Shown here: piece after piece, positions 55,375 through 64,000 of the stretch
Position numbering within the stretch: position 1 is the stretch's first letter
How the letters are laid out: each line of letters starts with the position of its first letter
Assembly: GCA_045533675.1 (NCBI GenBank)
Contig: JAZSIF010000058.1
Location: 2,119 to 66,118 of the forward strand
Reading direction: 5' to 3'
Length of the DNA stretch: 64,000 nucleotides
Source: Eubacteriales bacterium
GTDB taxonomy: Bacteria; Bacillota; Clostridia; Oscillospirales; CAG-272
Position numbers and translations under genes: made by a program
Notes under the pieces: generated by a model
What the model was told of the DNA's origin: nothing
Databases searched by the model: none
What the model saw: only the letters and a program-made list of their open reading frames with translations

Positions 55375-55479
55375 GATTGTATCCTCCATAATTGATTGCT
55401 TGCACAAAGCTTTGATAAGTCATTATAGCACACCTCGCGAAAATTGTCAAGAGCATTGGAAAATTTCCTTTTCGAAACA

Positions 55480-55645
55480 CAAAAACAGAAACCCGTCGGT
55501 GGCGTAGCAGCCGTCCGACGGGTTTCCTCCAAAGAGATAAACAATCAAGTTACACGGTACATCAAACGTAGAGAACGTGATGTAAAAGCAAAACCTTGTA
55601 TGAAAGTTTTGCGCCACTTTTTCAAAAGTGGCAATCGCACCCCTC
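55480..55645. repeat. Half copy of the intergenic repeat family (hairpin plus full right arm)
   Basis: Hairpin 55488-55526, then AAGTTACACGGTACATCAAACGTAGAGAACGTGATGTAAAAGC...TTGTATGAAAGTTTTGCGCCACTTTTTCAAAAGTGGC. Located between scfA and the 3' end of the 55661 gene. Confidence 0.8.
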
Positions 55646-55660
55646 GCGACCTTCGCGTCC

Positions 55661-56839
55661 TTAGACCTCAGGAATCACGATCTCGATCTCCTTGCCTGCC
55701 TCGGCAGACTTAGCGATACCGTCGATGATTGCCTGGTTGTAGAGAATCTGGGAAGAGGGAACGGGAGCCTCGGTTCCGTTCTTGCAAGCATCCAGGAAGG
55801 TGCGGATCTTCAGATCAAAGAGTCCCTTAGTAGGTGCCTTCAAGGGAATGACCGTCTCAACCTGTGCACCTGACACCTCGTGGTGAATGGTCATGGGGGC
55901 ATCAAAGGTTCCGTTCCAGCACTCGGTGGAGGGAACGCGCAGAGATCCCTTGGCACCCATGATAATGGTGTCACCGGGGGTATCCAGATTCATTGCCCAA
56001 GCGATACGGAAGTCGAGAATGATTCCGCCTTCGAGACGAATGAACGCTGCAGCGAAATCGTCAACACCAAAGAGCTTGGCATACTCCTCACCCTTACCTG
56101 CAGGATATCCACAGTAAGCGGGATCCTTACCGAAGAAGTCGGACTTGTATCCCGAAACGGTCAGAGGCTTGGGATAGCCGATGGCATTGAGTACCAGGTC
56201 GAGGGAGTAGCATCCGATGTCTCCCAAAGCACCGACACCTGCGGTGTCCTTCTCAATAAAGGTGGTACCAAAAGGCGCGGGAATACCGCGACGGCGTCCG
56301 CCACCGGTCTGGATGTAGTAGATCTTTCCGAGCACACCGGAGTCAACGATCTTCTTGATCATCTTCATATTCTCGTCCATTCTGGGCTGGAAGCCGATAG
56401 ACAGAACCTTTCCGCTTGCCTTCTCTGCCTTCATAACAGCAATTGCCTCTTCAAGAGTTACCGTAAAGGGCTTTTCAAGCAGTACGTGAATACCTGCGTT
56501 CAGCGCGTCAATGGCGGGCTGTGCGTGCTGACGGTTGTAGGTACAAATGGAAACCGCGTCGAGATTGAGGCTCTTGTCCTCCAGCATTTCCTTGTGGGAC
56601 GCATAGTCGGTCTTTGCCCCCTCAATGCCGTGCTTTGCCATAAATGCGGCTGCCTTGCCAGGGATCAGATCGGCACCTGCCACGATCTCCACGTCGGGCT
56701 GCTTCAAATAGGATTTTGCGTGAGAATCAGCGATCCATCCGCATCCGATGATACCGATCCTCATTTTCTTGGTGGTGTCTACGACCTTAACCTCTTCTGC
56801 GGTAAAGGTGTTCAAACCTTCCATAGACCTATCTGCCAC
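55661..56839 (-). CDS. Gfo/Idh/MocA family oxidoreductase
   Basis: 392 aa. MRIGIIGCGWIADSHA Rossmann N-terminus and EKPF motif (LLEKPFTVTLEEA). Confidence 0.88.
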   Translation of the reverse strand: MADRSMEGLNTFTAEEVKVVDTTKKMRIGIIGCGWIADSHAKSYLKQPDVEIVAGADLIPGKAAAFMAKHGIEGAKTDYASHKEMLEDKSLNLDAVSICTYNRQHAQPAIDALNAGIHVLLEKPFTVTLEEAIAVMKAEKASGKVLSIGFQPRMDENMKMIKKIVDSGVLGKIYYIQTGGGRRRGIPAPFGTTFIEKDTAGVGALGDIGCYSLDLVLNAIGYPKPLTVSGYKSDFFGKDPAYCGYPAGKGEEYAKLFGVDDFAAAFIRLEGGIILDFRIAWAMNLDTPGDTIIMGAKGSLRVPSTECWNGTFDAPMTIHHEVSGAQVETVIPLKAPTKGLFDLKIRTFLDACKNGTEAPVPSSQILYNQAIIDGIAKSAEAGKEIEIVIPEV

Positions 56840-56882
56840 GGTAATTTTCCTCCGTACTCCGTAATTTTTATTTTTTCGACCT

Positions 56883-57698
56883 TCAATAGCCGATAGATTT
56901 CAGATATTCGCGGCTCTTCGCGATGGACTCCATGGGAGTCAGCCCCATCGAGGGATTGTCCTGCTCAACCACAACCCACTCAGCGCCTGCCTTCTCGGCA
57001 GCTTCCAGAATAGAGGGGAAGTTCTGCATTCCGCTTCCTACGGGACGGAACTCGAAGTTAGAAGGTCTCTTGGGAGCCTCGCTCTTGATTCCGATGAGCT
57101 CGTACATATCGTCCGACTTCGCTCCGTAAAAATCCTTCAGGTGAACCACAGGAGCTCTTCCCGAGTACTTCAAAATGTATTCAGCGGGGTTCTCTCCGCC
57201 TATGTTGACCCAGCAGGTGTCAAGCTCGGTAGCAAGATACTCGGCGGGAACCTCATCGTAAAGCATGTCAAGAGCATACTTGCCGTCAATCTTTACAAAC
57301 TCAAAATCATGGTTGTGATAGAGCAACTGCATGCCAAGCTCCTTGGCAACCTTGCCCAGCATCTTGATGTTCTCGATAACCTCTCCGAAGTTACCGCCCT
57401 CGGGACGGTAATCTGCCGAAAGATAAGGAACCGCCACGTATTTGCAGCCAATCTCGGCATACTTCTTGAGAATGCCCTTGGGGGCGCCCATCATGTCCAG
57501 ATAAGGCACGTGCGCCGAAATCGGAACCAACCCAATCTCCTCACACATTTTTTTGATGTCCGCCGGCGATTTCTTATAAAGTCCCGCGAACTCTACGCCA
57601 TCATAGCCCATTTCTTTGATTTTTTCCAATGTTCCGCGCAAATCCTCGTTTGCGTCCTCCCGTACAGAGTAGACCTGTACCGCTACCGGTAATGCCAT
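56883..57698 (-). CDS. Sugar phosphate isomerase/epimerase (xylose isomerase-like TIM barrel)
   Basis: 271 aa. YDGVEFAG ... LYHNHDFEF ... VHLKD ... VVEQD pattern, typical of the AP endonuclease 2/TIM-barrel family. Co-oriented with the Gfo/Idh/MocA gene. Confidence 0.82.
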   Translation of the reverse strand: MALPVAVQVYSVREDANEDLRGTLEKIKEMGYDGVEFAGLYKKSPADIKKMCEEIGLVPISAHVPYLDMMGAPKGILKKYAEIGCKYVAVPYLSADYRPEGGNFGEVIENIKMLGKVAKELGMQLLYHNHDFEFVKIDGKYALDMLYDEVPAEYLATELDTCWVNIGGENPAEYILKYSGRAPVVHLKDFYGAKSDDMYELIGIKSEAPKRPSNFEFRPVGSGMQNFPSILEAAEKAGAEWVVVEQDNPSMGLTPMESIAKSREYLKSIGY

Positions 57699-57865
57699 GG
57701 TTTCTTCCCCCTGTATAGCAAAGATTTCGGTGATTTCATTATATGGTATTTTTTTGCTTCTTTCAAGTCATTTTATTAGTTTTTATAGACAAATATTGCC
57801 CACTTGTCATTGGTTCGTGGGGATTTCACAAATCTGTTTGCCCAAGCCCTGCAACTTGACGAAAA

Positions 57866-58483
57866 TTAAAGAGCGTCCACAAGAGAGGAAATCTCGTCCG
57901 CGATCTCCTCGGGAGTACGGTAAGCATTCACGCGCGCAATACGGTCGGTGGCTGAAAGATCGTCAAGCACCGACAAAAACGATTCTCTCACTCGGGTCAG
58001 TGTATCAAGATTTTCGTAAATTTCAACGCTTTCCCTACCCTTGCGAATTCTCTCTAAACTCTGCTCAGGGGTCAGGTCCAGATAGATGCAAAGATCGGGA
58101 CGGCGAATTTCGGGACAAGACAGATTCATCGCCTTGCACCAGTGATAATCGGTAGACTGCCCTTGATATGCCAGAGTGGAATAGTAGTAGCGGTCGCAAA
58201 TTATGTCTGCCCCCGAAGCAAGGATCGCCTCAATCCCCTCGGCAGGATGAATATTGTGGGCAATGCGATCGGCAACAAACATGACCGCCATCTCACACTC
58301 GCTCTTCTTGATCTTTCCGCCAAGTGCCGCGCGAAGCGCCCGTCCGCTGTCAAAATCCGTGGGCTCTGCGGTACGGATCACTCGCCTGCCCTGTGCCTCC
58401 AAATGAGTGCGGAGCATCTCGGCTTGGGTGGTTTTTCCCGCACCGTCGATCCCCTCCAATACAATCAAACGTCCTCGTTCCAT
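57866..58483 (-). CDS. tmk: dTMP kinase
   Basis: 205 aa. IVLEGIDGAGKTTQ P-loop and DRYYYST. Confidence 0.92.
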   Translation of the reverse strand: MERGRLIVLEGIDGAGKTTQAEMLRTHLEAQGRRVIRTAEPTDFDSGRALRAALGGKIKKSECEMAVMFVADRIAHNIHPAEGIEAILASGADIICDRYYYSTLAYQGQSTDYHWCKAMNLSCPEIRRPDLCIYLDLTPEQSLERIRKGRESVEIYENLDTLTRVRESFLSVLDDLSATDRIARVNAYRTPEEIADEISSLVDAL

Positions 58484-58488
58484 AATCC

Positions 58489-59274
58489 TTATTTCTCACT
58501 TTCTCCGCTATTCAATCTTAGCGTAATCTCTCCGCTGGCAAGTATCTTCTCTCTTCCGTCCGTTTGTTTGACGGTCAGTCTTCCCCGCTCATCAATGGAT
58601 GTCACCACACCCTCATAGGCTTTACCGTTTTCAATATACACAACTCTTTCGCCCAACACCATGGAGTATTCTCGATAGAGCTTCATGTATTCCTCTGAGT
58701 CAATCTCTCCCATTAGAAGCGAAAGCTCCCGCAAAAGGGCTTTTGCCAGTCGGTTTCGAAGCCCCGTCGCCGCATTGGACAGCCCCCCCGCCACATCCCG
58801 AAGCTCTTCGGGAAAATCGGTGGTATAGAGATTGACCCCCACGCCGAGGATCACGTATCGTCCGTCGCCTATGGTCAGCGATTCCGCTAAGATTCCCGAT
58901 ACCTTTCTCCCCCTGTGGTAGAGGTCGTTAACCCACTTGATGGCGAGAGCGATTCCCGTCACGTTTCGAATGGCACGATGAACCGCCACGGCGGCAGCGG
59001 TGGTCAAAAACAGCGGATCGTTCTCCCGCACCGAAAAGCAAAGTGTCAGATAGATGCCCGTCCCATCGGGAGAATAAAAGCTCCTGCCCATCCTTCCTCT
59101 GCCCGCGGTCTGTTCCTCCGCCAAAATTGCTTGGGGCATGGGTTCTCCGTCGAGAAGCCTGCGACGCGCCTCGGTGTTGGTGGAATCCACTGTCCGAAGC
59201 ACCGATACGGGAACGGGAGAATCCTCACCGATCAAAGCGGCATCCAAACGCTCGTATTCCATTTTCCTCCCCAT
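58489..59274 (-). CDS. birA: Biotin--[acetyl-CoA-carboxylase] ligase (class I, no HTH domain)
   Basis: SVLRTVDSTNTEARR and EEQTAGRGRMGRSFYSP (GRGRxGR) motifs. The start is uncertain among 59283 (GTG), 59274 (ATG) and 59262 (ATG). Confidence 0.85.
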   Translation of the reverse strand: MGRKMEYERLDAALIGEDSPVPVSVLRTVDSTNTEARRRLLDGEPMPQAILAEEQTAGRGRMGRSFYSPDGTGIYLTLCFSVRENDPLFLTTAAAVAVHRAIRNVTGIALAIKWVNDLYHRGRKVSGILAESLTIGDGRYVILGVGVNLYTTDFPEELRDVAGGLSNAATGLRNRLAKALLRELSLLMGEIDSEEYMKLYREYSMVLGERVVYIENGKAYEGVVTSIDERGRLTVKQTDGREKILASGEITLRLNSGESEK

Positions 59275-59377
59275 TGCCAACACCTCGTTCCGTTCTTTTC
59301 ATCATTATACCATGATTTTTTTGTTTTTTCAAGGGGGCATCCGTTTTCATCATCGGTTCTCTCGCGAAAAATCCCTC

Positions 59378-59406
59378 TTGAAAAGATGTTTCCGACATGG
59401 TACAAT
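59378..59406 (+). promoter_or_regulatory. Sigma-A type promoter (extended -10) of the MFS-GH2 gene
   Basis: TTGAAA (59378-59383), 17 nt ending in TGG, TACAAT (59401-59406). RBS GGAGGA precedes the ATG at 59438. Confidence 0.55.
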
Positions 59407-59437
59407 AGAGGCAGAAATACCTCAACGGAGGATAAAC

Positions 59438-62398
59438 ATGACAAAGCAAACCAAAACCAAGCTCTCGGGTCGCTTTTGGTGCGCCCTGACCCTTTTCTCC
59501 CTCATAGGGCAAATTGCCTGGGTGGTGGAGAATATGTATCTCAATATCTTTATCTACGAAATTTTTCACGCAAGCGCGGCAGACATCAGCCGCATGGTAG
59601 CGGCAAGCGCCGTGTCGGCGGCACTGACCACCATATTCATCGGCGCCCTTTCCGACCGCATCGGAAAACGAAAGCTCTTCATTTGCGGCGGCTACATTCT
59701 TTGGGGCGTGTCAATCTTCGGCTTTGCCCTCTCCATGACGGTTACGGCAGCGGCGTTCGGCATCCTGCTTGTCATCTCCCTCGACTGCCTGATGACCTTC
59801 TTCGGCTCCTCCGCAAATGATGCCGCCTTCAACGCATGGCTCACCGACAGCACCGACCAGACCAACCGTGGCTCTGCCGAGGGCATCAATTCCATGATGC
59901 CCCTGTGTGCCATTCTTGCGGTGTTCGGCGGATTTATGTTCTTCGATTTGACGGTCCCGAGGAGTTGGACCTGGGTTTTCTGCATCATCGGCGGAGTGGT
60001 ACTCCTTGTGGGCATTCTCGGCATCTTTCTCATCCAAGAACCGAAGAAGACTACCCCCTCCGATACGGGGTACCTTAAAAATGTAATCTACGGCTTTCGT
60101 CCCGCCACCGTCCGCAACCATCTTTCTCTGTATTTTCACCTTCTGCTTTTTGTTCTCTTCAATACATCTATCCAAATCTTCATGCCCTATCTCATTCTCT
60201 ATTACGAGAAATCCTTAGGGCTTACCGACTACGTCTTTATCATGGCACCCGCCATTGTCTTGGCAAGCGCAGTGACAGCATTCTGGGGCAAGGTCTATGA
60301 CAAAAAGGGCTTCGCCTTTTCTTCGTGGATCACCCTTTTGTGGCTCTCCCTTGGCTACCTCATTCTTTTCCTTTTCAAGGCAACCCCCGCCGTATTTCTT
60401 GGCTCGCTGCTGATGATGTGCGGCTACCTTTCGGGCATGGCGGTATTCGGTGCCAAAATCCGTGACCTGACCCCCGAGGGAAAAGCAGGCAGACTCCAAG
60501 GAATCCGCATCACCTCCCAAGTACTTCTCCCCGGGCTGATTGGACCTGCCATTGGCAGCGCCGTCCTCGCCAATGCCGAAACCGTCACCAATTCGGACGG
60601 GACTACCTCTTTTATCCCCAACGAAAGTATTTTTCTGTCAGCCCTCATCGCCATTCTTCCGCTCGTTCTCCTGCTTTTAGTTTTCTCCGTCTTGCGACGT
60701 GTGCGCACCGTGCGTCTTTCCACCCCCTTTGAGGAGACCGCGAGGGGAACGGAATGGGAGGAGCATTATCCCCGCCCCCAAATGAAACGGACCTCCTTCC
60801 TCTCTCTCTCCGGAGAATGGGATCTGTCTGTCACAACCAAAAAAGGAACACTCCCTTTGGGAAAAATCCGTGTTCCCTTTCCTCCTGAAAGTGAGTTGTC
60901 CGGAATCGGACGGAACCTCAAAAAGAACGAGCGCTATCTCTACGAAAAGACCGTGATCCTCTCCGAGAGCGACCTGTCGGGTCGTCTGCTTCTGCACTTT
61001 GGTGCGGTGGATCAGATCTCCAAGGTCACCTTTAACAAACAGACACTCACGACTCACGAAGGGGGCTATCTCCCCTTTACCCTCGATCTCACCGATATAG
61101 CCCACATAGGGGAAAATTATCTTTCAGTAGAGGTTACGGACCGCACCGACCCCGAGCTTTGCTATGGCAAGCAACGAATCAAGCGAGGTGGAATGTGGTA
61201 CACACCCATCAGCGGCATTTGGCAGCCCGTTTGGATGGAATCGGTTCCCCGTGACTATATCCGCTCCCTACGTCTGATCCCCACCCTCACCTCGGTTACG
61301 ATTGAAACCGAGGGGGGAAAGTCGGAAAAGCTTCTGCGCCTGACCATTGATGGCGAACAAAAGACTTATCGCTACGAAGGGGACTCTTATACTCTCACCT
61401 TGGAGAATCCCATTCCTTGGTCCCCCGAGCATCCTCACCTCTATCCCTTTACCCTTATCTGCGGTGAGGATCGGATCGAATCCTATTTTGCCCTACGCAC
61501 CTTTGAGGTAGGTAGAAGAGATGACGGAGCCCCCGCGCTCTTGCTAAACGGCAAGCCCTATTTCGTCCACGGGCTATTGGATCAGGGCTATTTCAGCGAC
61601 GGCATCTATCTTCCCGCCACTCCCGAGGGATATTCATCCGACGTACGCCTTATGAAAGAGTGCGGCTTCAATGCCCTGCGCAAGCACATTAAAATCGAAC
61701 CCGACGTATTCTACTACGAATGTGACCGCCAAGGGTTGCTGGTGCTTCAGGATATGGTAAACAACGGAAAATATCATTTTATTCTCGATACCGCTCTGCC
61801 CACAATCGGCATGAAAAAAAGAAAGGGACACCGCGCCTCACCCCGCCGTCGTGCCGATTTTGAAAACAGTGCCAAGGAAACGATCTCTCTTCTTTATAAT
61901 CACCCCTCGGTGGTCTATTACACCATCTTCAATGAGGGCTGGGGACAATACGAGGGAGCCGAGCGCATCTATCGAGAGCTGAGGGCTCTTGACTCCTCCC
62001 GTGTCTATGACACCGCTTCGGGTTGGTTTATTCCCCGCGAGAGCGACGTACAGAGCGAGCACGTGTATTTCAAGCCCGTGAATCTGACCTACGGCTCCTT
62101 GCCCGTGGTCCTTTCCGAGTTTGGCGGTTATTCCTGCAAAATTGAGGGACACGCCTTTAATTTGGACAAAACCTACGGCTATAAGACCTGCCTGAGCACC
62201 GAGGAGTTTCAAAATGATCTCGAAGCCCTGTATCTCGGAGAGATCGCCCCCGCCATCCAAAAGGGACTTGCGGGCGCCATTCTCACCCAGGTCAGCGACG
62301 TGGAGGATGAGACCAACGGACTTCTCACCTACGACCGAAAAATTCTCAAGGTCGATCCCGCCCGCATGCGGGAGATAGCAAAAAAGTTAGTTAAGTAG
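59438..62398 (+). CDS. Fusion protein: N-terminal MFS-type transporter (about 425 aa) plus C-terminal glycoside hydrolase family 2 (about 560 aa)
   Basis: 986 aa in a single uninterrupted frame. The N-half is polytopic (GALSDRIGKRKLF MFS loop motif). The C-half has the GH2 sugar-binding region (LLLHFGAVDQISKVTFNKQTLTTHEGGYLPFTLDLT), TIM-barrel FNALRKHIK, an acid/base-like FNEGWGQ and a nucleophile-like LSEFGGYS. Confidence 0.8.
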   Translation: MTKQTKTKLSGRFWCALTLFSLIGQIAWVVENMYLNIFIYEIFHASAADISRMVAASAVSAALTTIFIGALSDRIGKRKLFICGGYILWGVSIFGFALSMTVTAAAFGILLVISLDCLMTFFGSSANDAAFNAWLTDSTDQTNRGSAEGINSMMPLCAILAVFGGFMFFDLTVPRSWTWVFCIIGGVVLLVGILGIFLIQEPKKTTPSDTGYLKNVIYGFRPATVRNHLSLYFHLLLFVLFNTSIQIFMPYLILYYEKSLGLTDYVFIMAPAIVLASAVTAFWGKVYDKKGFAFSSWITLLWLSLGYLILFLFKATPAVFLGSLLMMCGYLSGMAVFGAKIRDLTPEGKAGRLQGIRITSQVLLPGLIGPAIGSAVLANAETVTNSDGTTSFIPNESIFLSALIAILPLVLLLLVFSVLRRVRTVRLSTPFEETARGTEWEEHYPRPQMKRTSFLSLSGEWDLSVTTKKGTLPLGKIRVPFPPESELSGIGRNLKKNERYLYEKTVILSESDLSGRLLLHFGAVDQISKVTFNKQTLTTHEGGYLPFTLDLTDIAHIGENYLSVEVTDRTDPELCYGKQRIKRGGMWYTPISGIWQPVWMESVPRDYIRSLRLIPTLTSVTIETEGGKSEKLLRLTIDGEQKTYRYEGDSYTLTLENPIPWSPEHPHLYPFTLICGEDRIESYFALRTFEVGRRDDGAPALLLNGKPYFVHGLLDQGYFSDGIYLPATPEGYSSDVRLMKECGFNALRKHIKIEPDVFYYECDRQGLLVLQDMVNNGKYHFILDTALPTIGMKKRKGHRASPRRRADFENSAKETISLLYNHPSVVYYTIFNEGWGQYEGAERIYRELRALDSSRVYDTASGWFIPRESDVQSEHVYFKPVNLTYGSLPVVLSEFGGYSCKIEGHAFNLDKTYGYKTCLSTEEFQNDLEALYLGEIAPAIQKGLAGAILTQVSDVEDETNGLLTYDRKILKVDPARMREIAKKLVK

Positions 62399-62656
62399 CG
62401 TAAGGATGCGGTCGGTTTTGAAAAAAGCTCCGCAAAACTTTATTACAAATTATGACTGAATCTTTGTTCAGTCTCCTCGTCTTTGCGTGCCTCATAATTT
62501 AAACTTTTTCTCTAAGGAAGAAACATTAAAATTTCACGGTGCACCACACATAGAGCGTAATGTAAAATAACCCATAATCTGTATAAAAATTTTTTGTCGC
62601 TTTTTTCAAAAAGCGACCAAAAAATCCTCTCCTCAACTAACTTCCCCACTAACTCC
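62399..62656. repeat. Nested-palindrome intergenic repeat element, copy 4 (lacks the central hairpin)
   Basis: Left arm AAGGATGCGGTCGGTTTTGAAAAAAGCTCCGCAAAACTTTATTACAAATTATG. Right arm TTTCACGGTGCACCACACATAGAGCGTAATGTAAAATAACCCATAATCTGTATAAAAATTTTTTGTCGCTTTTTTCAAAAAGCGACC...CAACTAAC. It fills the gap between convergent stops 62398 and 62657. Confidence 0.8.
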
Positions 62657-64000
62657 TCAATTCATTTTAAACTGCGTTCCCTGAGGCGTATCAATGAGGG
62701 TCACGCCCTCGGACAGGAGCATTTGGCGAATCTCATCGGCGCGCGCGTAGTTCTTGGCTTTCTTTGCCTCGGCGCGCTCGCGGATCAGCTCCTCGATGCG
62801 ACGGATGACGGGATCCTCGGACAGGGGCGCGTTTGCCGCCTCCTCCTCTGCCTTTTTCAGCTTCTCCGCCTCGGCGATCAGATCAAGACCCAGCACACGG
62901 TCAAAGTCGGCAATGAGAGCCAGCTTCGTCGCAGGGGTGGTGTTCGTTTTCAAAACATCATAGAGAGCGGTCACCGCCAAGGATGTGTTCATATCGTTAT
63001 CAAGAGCGGCGCAGAAGGCTGCCTTTCTTTCGTCAAATACGGCAGAATCCACCTCGCCCTGCTCCGCTTTCAGAAGAGTTAGAATACGGGCAACCAGCTT
63101 CTTGTACGCGATCTGCGCGTTGTCCAGATTCTCGTAGGAGAATACCAGAGACTTGCGATAGTGAGACTGCAAACAGAAGAGACGGTATACCAGAGGATTG
63201 TATCCCTTGGACTCCAAGAGAGAAACGGTCAAAAATTCGCCCGAGCTCTTGCTCATCTTGCCGCTATTCGTATTCAGATGATACACGTGGAACCAGTAGT
63301 TACACCACTTATGTCCAAGATATGCCTCGCTCTGCGCGATCTCGTTGGTGTGATGAGGAAACGCGTTGTCAATGCCGCCGCAGTGAATATCCAAGGATTC
63401 TCCGAGATGCTTCATGCTGATGCAGGAGCACTCAATGTGCCAGCCGGGGTAACCGACTCCCCACGGGCTGTCCCACTTCAACTCTTGATCGTCGAACTTG
63501 GACTTGGTAAACCACAAAACGAAGTCCGCCTTGTTTTTTTTGTTGCCGTCCTCCTCAACGCCCTCGCGGACACCGACCTCCAGGTCTTCCTCACGGAAAT
63601 CGTTGAATACGTAGTACTGCTTCAGCTTGGAGGTATCAAAATAGATATTGCCCCCCGCCTCGTAGGCAAAGCCCTTTTCAAGCAGCCCCTCAATGACACG
63701 GATAAACTCGTCAATACAGCCCGTAGCGGGCGCTACCACGTCGGGGGTCTTGATATTCAGCTTCTGACAGTCGGCAAAGAATGCGTCGGTATAGTACTTG
63801 GCGATCTCCATGACCGTCTTCTTTTCCCGCTTGGCGCCCTTGAGCATCTTGTCCTCGCCCGTATCGGCATCGCTGGTCAGATGTCCCACGTCGGTAATGT
63901 TCATGACGCGGGTCACGTCATAGCCCGTGTAACGCAGATACTTCTCTAAAATATCCTCCATAATGTAGCTGCGGAGATTTCCAATGTGGGCATAGTGATA
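62657..64000 (-). CDS. cysS: Cysteine--tRNA ligase (5' end beyond window)
   Basis: The frame stays open to the window end. The last bases read ...YHYAHIGNLRSYIMEDILEKYLRY (HIGH motif region). The KMSKS motif GKMSKSSGEF is present. Confidence 0.93.
   Translation of the reverse strand, partial: YHYAHIGNLRSYIMEDILEKYLRYTGYDVTRVMNITDVGHLTSDADTGEDKMLKGAKREKKTVMEIAKYYTDAFFADCQKLNIKTPDVVAPATGCIDEFIRVIEGLLEKGFAYEAGGNIYFDTSKLKQYYVFNDFREEDLEVGVREGVEEDGNKKNKADFVLWFTKSKFDDQELKWDSPWGVGYPGWHIECSCISMKHLGESLDIHCGGIDNAFPHHTNEIAQSEAYLGHKWCNYWFHVYHLNTNSGKMSKSSGEFLTVSLLESKGYNPLVYRLFCLQSHYRKSLVFSYENLDNAQIAYKKLVARILTLLKAEQGEVDSAVFDERKAAFCAALDNDMNTSLAVTALYDVLKTNTTPATKLALIADFDRVLGLDLIAEAEKLKKAEEEAANAPLSEDPVIRRIEELIRERAEAKKAKNYARADEIRQMLLSEGVTLIDTPQGTQFKMN

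Noticed and set aside
1-64000. Prophage, integrative element or defence island
   Set aside because: No ORF translation shows integrase, transposase, recombinase, phage structural, restriction-modification, Cas or toxin-antitoxin signatures. Gene content is core metabolism, translation and the cell envelope.

Overview
This 64 kb window looks like a chromosomal, mostly housekeeping segment of a Clostridia-type Firmicute. Supporting signs are GGAGG ribosome-binding sites, a SCIFF/ScfB pair, an IspH-S1 fusion and GatCAB; GC is mid-50s% by eye. I support about 50 intact CDS: asnS, thrS, cysS, glyA, murA, ftsK, gatCAB, cmk-plsC-ispH/S1, tmk, birA, dut, ruvX, cca, trmK and others. I also support several pseudogene remnants, one glycine riboswitch, one Thr T-box leader, five sigma-A-type promoters and several intrinsic terminators. 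I saw no rRNA, tRNA, CRISPR array, transposase, integrase or phage gene, and no clear multi-gene defence-type island. The items worth a second look are: (1) a family of nested-palindromic intergenic repeat elements, with 4 full and 4 partial copies. They are built around one conserved GC hairpin, and their termini coincide with the stop codons of convergent genes. (2) One copy of that element is split by a 390-bp insert carrying four GTTTTCCAYA (DnaA-box-like) motifs. (3) A 2705-aa surface protein has a C-terminal membrane anchor and a cytoplasmic (EP)n plus uL15-like tail. (4) A 47-aa SCIFF precursor gene is absent from the ORF track. (5) An MFS transporter is fused in frame to a GH2 glycosidase. 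(6) There are two patches of gene decay. All calls come from reading the sequence and the ORF translations and recognising motifs from memory. Boundaries of RNA and repeat features are approximate, roughly +/-10 nt.
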